Shown here: in pieces, positions 1 to 12,200 of the stretch
Layout: each line of letters starts with the position of its first letter
Numbering within the stretch: the stretch's first letter is position 1
Assembly: GCA_043228905.1 (NCBI GenBank)
Contig: JBHGNT010000005.1
Location: forward strand, 24,862,001-24,926,000
DNA: 64,000 bases
From: Azolla caroliniana
Taxonomy: Eukaryota > Plantae > Polypodiophyta
Direction: 5' to 3'
Notes under the pieces: generated by a model
What the model was told of the DNA's origin: nothing
What the model saw: the letters and a program-made list of their open reading frames with translations, nothing else
Database searches by the model: none
Made by a program: the position numbers and the translations under genes

Positions 1-1379
1 CGAAGGAATACTTCCACATTGCTAACGGTCTGCTCTACCGTAATGGGAAGGTTTGTGTTCCAGATTTACCCAGGGTCAAAAAGAGGATTCTTTTTTAATG
101 CCATGATGCACCCTCAGCAGGGCACCCTGGAATACATCGTACACGCGTTCTCATCTCCACTCAATTTTATTGGCCAAAGATGTGTCCTGACATACATAGT
201 TATGTGACTAAATGTCACCAATGTCAGGTTAACAAAGCCGAGTGACTTAAAGCCGCATGACTTTTACATCCCTTGGACATTCCCAATAATAAGTGGGAAA
301 GTATATCCATGGATTTTATTGTTAGCCTTCCTCGCACCCAAAAAGGCCATGATGCCATCTGGGTTGTGGTTGATCGACTAACTAAAATGGCCAGATTTAT
401 TGCTACTAAAACCACGGTAACAGCTCATGAATTGGGTTACCAATTCAGTGACGAGTTATTTCATTTTTATGGCTTACCGATGGATATCGTGAGTGATGGA
501 GATCCAAAATTTACTAGTGACTTCTGGATGCAAGTTTTTAAGAAGTTAGAAACTACGTTCAACATGAGCTCCACAGATCATCCTCAATCCGATGGACAAA
601 TAGAACGAGTAAAGCAAATTATTAAGAACATGCTTCGAGCATATGTTGGTGCAAAACCAACAAAATGGGAACATTATCTCCAAAATTTGGAGTTTGCTTA
701 TAACAACTCAACGGGATATAGTCCTTTTATGTTGATGGATGGTTTTCAGCCACGAGCCCCGATTGATGTTAATATACATCATGATGAGTTGCGAAGTACG
801 CAAAACTTTCTTCGGGATATGCAAGATATGTTGCATATTGCACGAGATAATATAAAAATAGCTCAAGATAGAGCCCGTTTTTATGCCGATCATCATAGGC
901 AAACTTGTGTATTCAACCCTGGACAGAAGGTATTTTTACGTGTACCGCACAATTCTAAGACATTGTCTACGGGTAAGTGCACTAAGTTAGCCCCATGGTT
1001 TTGTGGACCTTTTACCGTCCTCAAACGCATCGGGTCATCAACCTATCGTATCGCTCTTCCCGATGGTGTTGGAATTCATCCAGTCTTTCATGTGAGTCGT
1101 CTAAAAGAACTTTTAGGTTCTGGCAAGAATACAGTTACAACTGAAACTCTGGTTACTTCTGAAGAATTATCTTCTAAACCACATGTACTAGAAAGAATTC
1201 TCGATGTTAAAACAAAAAAATTACATATTAAAGAAATCCGAGAATTTAAAATAAAATGGATGAGTAAATCAATAAAAGATGCCACATGGGAACGCGAAAA
1301 TACTCTCAGAACTAACTTCCCTAACTTTCCATTGCAAGAGTGCAATGTTTTAAAGAGGGGGAGTATGTTACGGGCATGA
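1..1379 (+). pseudogene. Ty3/gypsy chromovirus integrase + chromodomain (3' part of pol, degenerate upstream of 273)
   Basis: ORF 273..1379 has WESISMDFIVSLP, IVSDGDPKFTS, HPQSDGQIER, the GPF motif (WFCGPF...HPVFHVS) and a chromodomain (FKIKW...DATWERE). Stops/frameshifts lie upstream. Confidence 0.9.
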
Positions 1380-1830
1380 CCATATAATATCCTGTGGTGA
1401 GAATTTACCGTAGTATTATATACACGTGGATAAGTGTGAGGGTTAAACGAGAGTGTAAAGAAGGGGAGGATTACTTTTAATCCTCGGGATTGAGACAACC
1501 CATTAGGCCAAGTGTGAGCATGGCTGGGGGCCTTGGGTATCGCTATAAATAAGAGGCCTAGCTACCCTCATTGGATTATCTTGTTGACTATGTCAAGATT
1601 TTGTCTTGTGGTGGGTCAACTCTTGTAGCGAGCACGCCAGCACTAGGTACGACTCGACGCCACGACGGTGGTATGGGACGCCGATCAAGGCTCGAGTCCG
1701 TCTCGATCCCTTCGCTCGGGGGTGGTCGGGTGGATCGGCACCCTTCTTTCTCTCTCTCCTTTCTTTCTATCTACCTAGATCTATCCTTATCTAATAGTTA
1801 CTTTAGTACATGTCTCTAATACTTATGATG
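1366..1830 (+). repeat. 3' LTR of the chromovirus (right end uncertain)
   Basis: PPT AAAGAGGGGGAG (1352-1363) is followed by TGTTA at 1366, a TATAAAT at ~1544 and a CT-rich R/U5. The terminal CA was not identified. Confidence 0.6.
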
Positions 1831-2990
1831 GGATAGTAAATGTCTTGCTTGGCAAAGGCCCATCCCATGTCTTCCTAGCCTCTACAAAGTCCTCTACTAA
1901 ACTATCCTGCAACCATTTTGTATCTACGGGATCTTCTATAATTTCTTTCCTCTTCTTATTCCATACAGAAGATGATTGAACCATCCTTGACAACAATAAT
2001 GTGGTAGACCTGCCACTTTGTATATTGAAATGTAGAGAGGTCTAACAAAGGTAATGAGAGGAGCAAACCTAGTGTCTCACAACTTAGGTCGAAATAGACA
2101 GGTCATGAAGTTTGCACTCCGCTCAGATTTGAGTGAATCTAACATGCTCAATCCATCCGGAAGGATCCAAAACCCCCAAAACAACTCAAACCTTGTCCGA
2201 TTCCGACTCCAAATGAGGGAGATATGAGACTTGAAAGGTGGACTCTGTCTCTGTGTGTCACGTCATGCACATAACACCAATCATATAACAATGATGTTGC
2301 ATTCCAGCATATGCTTTGAAGACCTCTATTGACAATAACCATGTGATTGGTGTAAAATGATTAGACATGGCTAAATAAATAAAAAACTAAAATGAAGACC
2401 GAATTTCAAATATTGGTCCAATCCAAATCCAGATTATTTTAACCAAAGAATTATGAATATTCTCAATCAGGTGGAAACCCAGTTAATTAGATAATGATGG
2501 GAAGGGTTAACAATCAATGACCATGTGGTAAAATAAAATTTCATATATTCTCTTTTCCTAAACACCAAAAGTTAATAAGGTGCAACATGTCGATAATAAT
2601 ACTACATCCAAAGTGTAGTAACTTTTGCTTGGAATTTCGATAATAGTTGTTAGTTTATCTCAATCATAATTACCGAGTCTTCAAGAATAACAGATCTTAC
2701 CAATGATCAATTGACTAATATAAAAAATTTCCCCAATCAAATGCAAAATATTCATACGTACATACATAGAGAGAGAGAGCATCATGACTTTCCTACCTCA
2801 GCTAGCATCTTTCAAAATTCAAATTAACAATGAGCTCGCTTGCTCTCTTGGGTTCGAAACCCAATTTTCTTATCTCTCAATTACTCTATACATATTTACT
2901 AGGTGCCATTGTGGAGTGTCTCCATTGGACAACCTTACCAATTGACTTACATCCATCTGAGCAACATTCTCTCTCTCTATATATAAAAAA

Positions 2991-3056
2991 GTTAAGCTCA
3001 TTTGGTAAGAGCATGTGCTATGAATAGGATGTCAAGGGTTTGAGTCCAACTCAGAC
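2991..3056 (+). other. tRNA-like Pol III A-box/B-box module at the LINE 5' end
   Basis: AAGCTCATTTGGTAAGAGC (A-box/D-arm like) and GGTTTGAGTCC (B-box with C>T) at tRNA-like spacing. No acceptor stem seen. Confidence 0.55.
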
Positions 3057-3080
3057 CATAGGAGATTAAGTAAGTGCACA

Positions 3081-3489
3081 TTGAGATTAGCTTTTACATG
3101 GGCCAAAGAACGTGAACGACGATCAAAGAACATTGTCGTCCGTGGGATTAAAGAAGAGAGTATGGAAACACCCGCATCCCTTGGAAAGGCCATTGGTGAA
3201 ATTTTTAGCATGCATTATGGGATGTTAGATGTGAATGTATATGGGGGCACACCGAGTTGGGAAACATGGTGTTACTCGCTCCGGAGAAAGGCCTATTGTA
3301 TGCACAATGACAGATGATACAAAGCGCTGGATCGTACTCGAAAATAGTTGGGTATACCTCAAAGGTACACAATGCTTTGTGAGTGAAGATCGTACTATCT
3401 CACAACAAAATGCTCGTCGTAAAGCATATGAAGAAAGATTGAAAAATAAGGTTAAGGATGTGCCTAAAGATGGAAATGTAGGCAAATAG
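3081..3489 (+). pseudogene. LINE ORF1 fragment (RRM-type), frameshifted near 3245
   Basis: ERERRSKNIVVRGIKE...AHRVG...RPIV...FVSEDRT, the typical LINE ORF1 RRM/CTD pattern, split over ORFs 3081 and 3235. Confidence 0.7.
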
Positions 3490-3495
3490 GAACAC

Positions 3496-6400
3496 ATGAT
3501 CTATGAGACTAACCCACGCCCTTTACGACTATGCTTTTGGAATTGCAATGGATACCCATGGAATGCGGGATTTAGCATAGAGGAGTTCACCGATGACTCG
3601 GATATCACAGTTCTTGTTGAAACATGGGAGCATGATACTCAAGGGATTCAAGGTTTAGGAAACTATAATGTACACTCTTTGATATGGAAGAAAAATCCAA
3701 GACAAAGAAGAGGACAAGGAGGGGTGGCATGTTTGATTAAGAAGGAAATAGAGAAATATGTGTCAATCATAAAAAATGATGAAAATAAATGCTACATATG
3801 GCTCAAAATAGAAACACCTAATGATTTGCCCACTTTTGTAGTTGGATGTTACATTCCTCATCAAGATTCTAACTTTTATGCTTGTTTGGATAAAGATCAA
3901 CCGTTTGCCAATCTAGAAGATGATATTGCTTATTTCAAATCCAAAGGGGAAGTTATTGTCTTTGGTGACATGAATGCTCGTACAAGAAATTTCCAACTTG
4001 ATTCACAAGAATCTTTCATGCCACATATCTCAAGGATGCAAGAGGATATGCAAATGTATAACCGCTCTTCTAGCGATGAAAAAGATTCGGACCAATTTGG
4101 GAAGTTACTCCTACAAATGTGCAATAGTACCCGATTGCTTATTGCAAATGGTATTTCCTTATGGCCCAACACTAATGGTTTTACATGTAGAAAACACAAC
4201 GGAAATAGTGTGATTGACTATGTGCTACTTTCCGAAGGTATTTTGGATCGTATACATAAATTCTCACTTGGTGAATGGACACCGGAATCCGATCATAGGC
4301 CTTTATGTATTGATCTCAAATGTATGCATAGGTTTGATTGTGAGAAGGCTATTGAAGATAATAAACAACCGCACTTGAGCATGAACCTTAAGCGAGCACC
4401 CATGTATTCCAAGATGGTTCAGGATATGTTACAAATGACAAAGATACAACATGGTGCCACACTATAATGCAGATGGGAAGCTTTCGAGAAAGTCATTCTC
4501 TCATGTACAAACAAATGTTTTTCGACCAACCGCACATCTTGGAAATGCACCAAGAAACTTAGGAAAAAATGGTTTGATAAAGAATGTCGTGAAGCTCGAA
4601 AGTGCCTTATCGTTTTGGATGTAGTTAAGGATAAAGAGAATTACCAAAAGCATTTGCATGAGTATAAAAGGCTTATTCAAAGAAAGAGAAGAATATGGGA
4701 AGTTACTTAACAATTTATCCAAACGCAAGAGAAAGCACATGCATGTGCTAAATTTTGGGGAAATCTAAAGGGGAAACGTGTTGAGAGTTATGGTGACTTA
4801 ACGCTTCACGACTTGTCTATGCATTATAAGAATTTATATGAGTTATCTCTTGCCGGAAAGACGATGTGTTATGGTTCTCTTTCACATATGCCTCCCTTCT
4901 TTACAATTGAAGATATATGCATATGACTTAAGAAATTGGCCTCTCGAAAGGCAAGCGATCTTCAATGTATAAAGGCTGAAATGCTCAAATGGACGGGAAA
5001 GGAAGCACATATATGGATAAGCGATATGTTTAATGATGCATTGCAACATGGTATGCCATACGATTGGACTACAAATTGGATCAAACCTTTACATAAAGGT
5101 GGAGATATAAATAATGTAAACAACTATCGAACCATCATGGTTGGCTCATTAATGGCAAAACTATTTGGATGTATAATGGAATCAAAGATAAGTGTATGGG
5201 TTGAAAAAAGTGGTAAGAGAGCTTATGGACAAGCTGGCTTTCGGAAACACCATACCACCATTGATCACCTTATCACCGTTCAAGTATTAATGGAGGAAAG
5301 TCGCCTTAGAGGTAGAGGTTTATATTGTTGCTTTGTAGACTTCAAGAAAGCTTTTGATATGGTACCTCGTGAGCATCTTTGGAGGTGAATGGAAGAACTT
5401 GAGGTGCCAAGTGAATTTATGCTTACAATTTCCCGAATTTATGAGAAGGTTATATGTTGTAACTTGTGTGCGCATGAGAGATAAACTTTCAGATTTTTTC
5501 AAAAGCACTATTGGTGTTAAGCAAGGATGCCCACTCTCACCAACACTATTTGGTCTATGCATTGATGAATTGGAAGAAATGGTTACCAAGTTTGCAAAGG
5601 AAGAATGTGTTGAAGAAGTTGCCATTGGGAATGTTGTAATTATGCTTTTGCTATATGCAGATGATGTAGTGCTTTTTGCAAATACTTTAGGAGATGCACA
5701 AAAGCTTATGAAGGCATTGGAAAATTTTTGCATGCATACTAAATTAAGTGTCAATAGCTCTAAAACAAAGATTATGCTTGTGAAGAGCCAAAAAAGAGAT
5801 AAACCATGCATTATGTACAACAATGAGCCACTTGAATGTGTGGAAAGCTTCAAATATCTTGGCCTTGAAGTTCCTTCAAATCATAGATGGAATGAATGTG
5901 TTACACGTCGCTTAGAGGCGGGTAAGCGAGCATACTATGCATTTGAGAACACATGCAATCTTGTAGATATTAAGTGTTGGGTCCTCAAGAAATATCTTTT
6001 CGACACTTTGGTGACACCGGTTCTTCTCTATGGGGTGGAAGTATGGGGCGGTAGCATCCCTAAATCTATGTGGAAAGAGTTTGAAAATGTCCAAAAGCAT
6101 TTTCTTACCAAGTTTCTACAAGTTAAGAAACAAACGCCCTACACCCTTCTTCTCCTTGAGACGAGATCGCTTCCCATTGAGATCATGGCCATGGAAAGGG
6201 TTGTTGAATACATGCTTAAGGTTCAAAAAAGTCCCTCACATCAACTTCCTAAAATTGCGTGGCAAGCAAGCAAAAAGATCCAAAAGATGCATAAAAGCAA
6301 AATTTTGTGTTTCGGTTGGATGCAAGATATAGAAAAATGGTTTGGTAGATGGGATGCGAGACACTTGCTTCATGATGCATCATTAGATTCCTCTGTAAAT

Positions 6401-6851
6401 GAGGCATTTTTGCAACGCCAATGTATCATGACATGGGACAAATGTGGAGGCTCACGCTTCACACATTATACTAGACATGTTGCACCTAACTACAAAACCA
6501 TATTCTTTGCGGAACGGGGAAATCATACACATCCCTACATGTTAGAGCCCATACCGTTATCTGCCATTCGAACCATTGTTTCCATGCGACTTAGCTCACA
6601 TGCATTGCGATGTGAAACAGGGCGTTGGGGCACAAGTGATGAGAGTGGTCGGCTATGCACACTTTGCCCTAAACAAGTTTGCGAGTCTGAGTATCACACT
6701 TTGATACAATGCTCTGCCTTTGATCATATTCGACCATGCTTTCCACATCTCTTCGATCGAGCAACGACAATGTGCACTCTCGATTGCAACATTCATTAGT
6801 AAAGTTCTTGAACATCGAGAGTCACTACTCACTTTCACACGTATCACATGA
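3496..6851 (+). pseudogene. LINE ORF2 (AP endonuclease - reverse transcriptase), disrupted
   Basis: WNCNG, VETW, GGVA, GDMNAR, SVIDY, SDH (APE); NYRTI, QAGFR, FVDFKKAFDMV, GVKQGCPLSP, LLYADD, FKYLG (RT); HALRCETGRW...CTLC...ESEYH...C. Stops at 4467 and 5388 plus frameshifts. Confidence 0.92.
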
Positions 6852-6906
6852 AATGTAATATTTTTGGTCTCATAGGTCATATTTGACCTCCGAAGATGAT
6901 AATATA

Positions 6907-6923
6907 ATCTATCTATCTATCTA

Positions 6924-6994
<71 letters not shown>
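6907..6994. repeat. Compound microsatellite (TCTA)n(CT)n(TA)n
   Basis: Directly visible. It forms the LINE tail plus the probable expanded target repeat. Confidence 0.95.
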
Positions 6995-6997
<3 letters not shown>

Positions 6998-7792
6998 GGT
7001 GTGCGTGTGTTCCTTTGTGCCACCCTTTTAGCACACCCTTTTTAGCTAAGCCAACCCAAATGGGTACCTTTGTATCAACTATAAATTGAGCAAGAAGAAA
7101 AAAGTTAAGTAGGTTGGTTTTGATCTTTTATGTGCATTTCACATATTGGTGGAGATGCAGGGTACCAGTCCCCCACGTCCAAGCATCCGCCTCTTCCACT
7201 TCGTAGGTATGCATCACTCTTGCCACCATCAATCACTCGACCCACGCTATCTTCTTAGTCTCTAGTAGTAGTATCTCTTCCATTAGCATTGCCTTAGTTC
7301 ACCAGTTAGGCCTCCCAACATCCACCGCTCCCTCCATCCAAGTCCTTTTTGGCGATACCAACATCTATACTACTCTCGCACGCAAGCCCATTGCATCGTC
7401 ATCTTAGGCAATCTCCCTTTCTCACACCACTTTTATGCATTGCCCCACCAACTATTCCCCCTCACCTAAGGTTGCAATTGGCTCCTCAAGCATCACGCTA
7501 TAATTGATTTCACTACTCACTAACTTCTTGTCCCACAAGCTCTCTCGATCCCCCTTGTACACGATAGCCCTCTTGTCCCCCCCTCAACCAAGTCCAGGTC
7601 GTCCTCAGTCCATAGGAGCGATTGATCTTTCTCTGCCAATTGATCTTTCCTTGATCCCCCTCCTACACGATAGCCCTCCTATCCCCCACCTCAGCCAAGT
7701 CCTGGTGGCCCTCGGTCCACAAGAGTGATTGATCTCTATCCGCCAATTACTGGCTCGTTTTCTGTCACTAGCCCCGTCCAATTATTATCTTA

Positions 7793-8192
7793 TGTTGAGA
7801 GACAAGCTCAACATTTGTGCGTAATATGATGCGTAACCAGTGCGTAGACTGGGTGCATAAAATCGGTACGCATAACATGGTCATAGCGGTGTGTAAACCG
7901 CGAGGCCGTTTGAAAGATATTCCTCGTAAGGAATAGTTTTGGGAGTAAGTGTCGAGGTTCATCTATGAGCAGTCAAGTACTGTCAGTACTTGTGTCAACC
8001 CGATTGTCAGGGCTTGTATAAAAGGTGCTCACTAAGCACGGTGTATGTACAAAGATTTAGTATTTTTGAATTTAAGTTTTTGTGTATTCTCTCTCTGTCT
8101 CTCCTATGTACTGTGTATACTCAAGCTCTCCATTAAACCTGGGTATTTTCTCTGTGTTCGTTTTTCTATTGCTTTCGCACATAATCTTTTCA
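7793..8192 (+). mobile_element. Solo LTR (400 bp)
   Basis: TG...CA ends, 5-bp TSD TCTTA (7788-7792 / 8193-8197) and an internal TATAAA. Removing it restores the integrase-like peptide QLLSYQGRQF. Confidence 0.8.
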
Positions 8193-8804
8193 TCTTATCA
8201 GGGCCGCCAGTTCCATGTGGATGCCCTCAACATCGTTACAGCTCAACGAGGTGTCCAACAGGTGTTTAAGTCCCCATACCCTCCTCAGACAAATGGCCTC
8301 AATGGACACCTCAACAAAACCTTCAAGAATGGGGATTGCCGCTTACATCGATCTATGCCACAAAACCTAGGATCAAATCTTGCCTTTTGTCACCCACACC
8401 TACAATACATCAGTACTGACGTCGACACGAATCAACCCTTTTTTAGCACTCTATGGGCGTAACCCTTGCCCCCCACTAGAATCGTCTATAGATGTCCAAT
8501 TTCAAAACCTGCCAACATGGATAGTGCCACTTGGGAGCTCTATCTCCAACAGATGCTCCCCCTCCTTTGACAAGCCATTGCTCCTGTTCCTACTCCTGCT
8601 CCTCAGACTCTTGTTTCTCTCAAGGGGGAAATGTGGTGTGCATGTGTTCCTTTGTGCCACCCTTTTGGCACACCCTTTTTAGGACGCATGTACCAAAGCC
8701 GACCCACCCTTTAGCACACCCCTTTTAGCTAAGCCAACCCAAATGGGTACCTTTGTATCAACTATAAATTGAGCAAGAAGTAAGAAGCTATGTAGACTGG
8801 TTTT

Positions 8805-9235
8805 TGTCAGGAATAGTACTAAAACAGAGATGGAATTAGTACTAAGAACAGCAGTACTATTAGTACTAAGAGGACGGGACTGCGTAAGATTCCCGAGAGA
8901 GGAAGTGAGAAGAGGAGAGAGAGAGAGATAGCGAGAATGAGAGAGATGATGACAGCAGCTATATATTATGTGAAAAGATAAGTACAAGCGGCTAAGAGGC
9001 TTAAGACTGGCGTTGAACCAATTTGGTTCAAAACAATGCCTTGTGCCTCCTTTTATAGTGTTTTTAGGAATAATCTTGAAGCTTCTAGAATGTTCCAGAG
9101 AGATCTGGAATATACATCAATTTTCTATGATAAAGTATAAATGAAAATAATATCCTACAAAATACAATTCCTAATCTAATGGTAAGAGCTCGACCCATGT
9201 AGCATAAAGTCATGGGTTCGAGTCTTGCCATGACA
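8805..9235 (-). repeat. 3' LTR of the Tcn1-like element
   Basis: Near-identical to 14043-14473. Minus-strand TATAAAA at 9051-9057. Confidence 0.95.
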
Positions 9236-9246
9236 CTATCTCCCCC

Positions 9247-12200
9247 TTAAAGACGACGAGTGGAACGAGTCGGCGCTAACTGCGGACCGGGTTTGTCCGG
9301 ATACTTTCGGTGGAAATCAGCAAGAAGATCTTGGGCATTGGCAACATTCTCGACGGGTTCCCAAGTACGTTCGCTCGGACTATAACCGAGCCAATCGACC
9401 AAGTAATAAAGTTTGTTGCGAACAAGTTTGGAATCGAGGATGGCAGCAACTTCATACTCCGGGCCGGCGTCCAACTCCAGCGGGGGCGGCGGTGGTGTCA
9501 CACGATCGGGAATGGTGTTTGCTTTATAAGGTTCAAGAAGAGAACAATGGAAAACCGGATGTATCTGAAGCTGCGGAGGGAGATCCAGGCGGAAGGTGAC
9601 ATCATTAATCTTCCCCGTAATACGGAAAGGACCGAGTCGTCGATAATCCAACTTGTCGCACGGTCGAGTAGTCTTGATGTGACGACGTAAGAGCCATACT
9701 CGATCTCCGATGGCAAAAGAGGAGGGAATCCGATGACGATCCGCATAAGTCTTCTGTGTGTGTTGAGCATGACGAAGGTGAGTAGAGAGATCCATCTGGA
9801 TCTTGCGTAGCCTCTCCAAATGGTCCTCGGCACGAGGGTTGGTAGGTAGCTCCGGAGTGTCGATCACCGACCAGCGAGGATGGAAACCGGTATAAGCGAG
9901 AAATGGGGAGACCCGAGTCGAGGAGTGAATAGCATTATTATACGCAAACTCCGCAAAGTGGAGAATCTCGGCCCAATCGTCCTGTTGATAACTTAGGAAA
10001 CACCGGAGATATTGCTCCAACGTTTGGTTCGTTCGTTCCGCCTGTCCGTCAGTTTGAGGATGGTAGCCGGAGGAGAGGTTGCAGGAGACCTTGAGCATCC
10101 TGAAGAGATGCTGCCAAAATTTGGAGACAAATTGCGGGCCTCGGTCACTGATAATACTGTCTGGTAGGCCATGATGCCGAAATACCTCACGCATAACAAG
10201 AGCGGCGGTTTCCTCGCTAGTGATGGCTTTAGTACATGGCACAAAATGTGCCATCTTCGTATATCGATCGACGACGGTTAGGATAGCATCGAACCCCTTC
10301 GAGACCGGTAGATCTGTAATAAAATCAAGACAAATAGACTGCCATGGCTTACTTGGAATTGGTAAAGGTTCCAACAAGCCATATGGATGGTGTCGTGGCA
10401 TCTTTGCTCGGCAGCAAGCATCACAGGTCCGAACGTAGTCGTCGACAAAACGGCGCATGTGGGGCCACCAAAAAGATCGCTGCACTAACTCCAACGTCTT
10501 GGTACTACCGAAATGTCCCGCCGTATGGGTGTCGTGACAATGTTGGACGATTTGAAGGCGACAGGAGCAATCGGGGACATATACGCGCTTTTTAAAGAAT
10601 AACAAACCATCATGATATTCGAATTGTCGGTAGTCAATACCTGGTTGTTGAGACTGAGAATAGGATGCCCGAGAAGTATCAATGTGCGCCAGGATGTCTT
10701 GAGCAAAACTATCCGTCTTCAAGGTTGCACGTATGTCATCGGTAATCCGTGAATCCATCGGGGTGTGAAAAATCCGCGTCGTGTGCAATCGGGTTGGTCC
10801 CAAGATTACTTGCTTTTGATTATCAAATGTTGCGTCACCAGGACGAGGTGCAAGATATGAACGCCGTGATAGTGCATCTGCTTTTCCTTGCTGCTTCCCC
10901 GGTCGATATGTGATTTCGAAGTTGAAACGCGTGAGGAATTGCGCCCACCGAGCTTGCCGTCGATTTAGTACGCGAGCGTTCTGAAAATAAGCAAGATTTT
11001 TATGATCGCTAAAGACAATGACCTGATGTGGAGAGCCCTCTAAGAAATGCCGCCATTGTACAAATGAATCCACGATGGCTAATAACTCCTTGTCATGTAT
11101 TTCGTAGTTGATTTCTGCGACATTGAATTTGCGCGAATGGAAAGCCACCGGATGCAACTCTTCTTTATCGCCTTGTTGAGAAAGGATGCTACCGAGGGCG
11201 AAATCTGATGCGTCGGCCTCCATGATGAATGGTTTGCTTGTATCCACATGAGCTAGAATCGGTGCTGATGTAAAGGCTTTCTTAAGATGCCGAAAAGCCA
11301 TATCTGCTTCGATGGACCAAAGAAATGCTTGGCCCTTCTTCGTAAGTTGTGTGAGAGGTAAAATAATCTTCGAGTAATCCTGTATAAACTTACGGTAGAA
11401 GTTAGCAAAGCCTAGAAAACATTGTACATCTCGTACCGACCGTGGAATTTGCCACTCTAGTACAGTTTGGATTTTAGCTGGATCCATGGCGATGCCCTTT
11501 GAGGAGATGACATAGCCTAGAAATTCCACTTGCTTGCAGTCAAAGCTACATTTCTCTAGCTTGGCATAAAGACCATTCTCGCGGAGTCGCTTTAGTACTA
11601 ATAGTACATGAGAATCGTGCTCTTCCTGGGTCTTCGAATAAATCAACAGATCATCCAGATAAATGATCAAACAGATATCCAAGAGGTCTCTGAATATATC
11701 ATTTGCCATGTGTTGGAAGACTGCGGGTGCATTGGTTAGGCCAAACGGCATAACAGTATACTCGAAATGCCCATACCGCGTGCGAAAAGCGGTCTTCCAC
11801 TCATCTCCCGGTCGGATCCGCACGAGATTATACGCTCCTCGTAGGTCGATTTTAGTAAAAAACTTGGCACCATTAACTCGCTCTAAAAGACTTGATATAA
11901 GAGGAAGTGCATACCTATTCCGGATGGTGACTTTATTCAATCCGCGGTAATCAACGACAAGACGAAGTGAGCCATCTTTCTTCTTGACAAAGAAGATGGG
12001 TGCACCGGCCGGAGATTTCGAATGACGGATGAACCCGCTTGCCAAGTTCTCCTCTATGTAGGCTCGAAGGACTTCTAACTCGGTGGGTGACAAGTTGTAA
12101 ATTGGTCCCCATGGTGGCTCGGTTCCTGGTTGTAAATCGATGGGACAGTCATAGGGACGGTGATGAGGGAGGGTACCGGCTTTTACCTTGTCAAATACAT

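Larger units (their letters stand above)
2986..6930 (+). mobile_element. Degenerate non-LTR retrotransposon (LINE; RTEX/L2-like)
   Basis: ORF1 RRM, then APE endonuclease, RT (YADD) and a C-terminal CCHC region, a 3' stem-loop and a (TCTA)n tail. (CT)n(TA)n lies on both sides. Confidence 0.88.

Noticed and set aside
2851-2862. Isolated B-box GGTTCGAAACCC
   Set aside because: No convincing A-box at tRNA spacing.
9168-9235. Functional tRNA gene
   Set aside because: No proper acceptor or anticodon stems. It is reported only as a tRNA-derived module; the same applies to 2991 and 19141.
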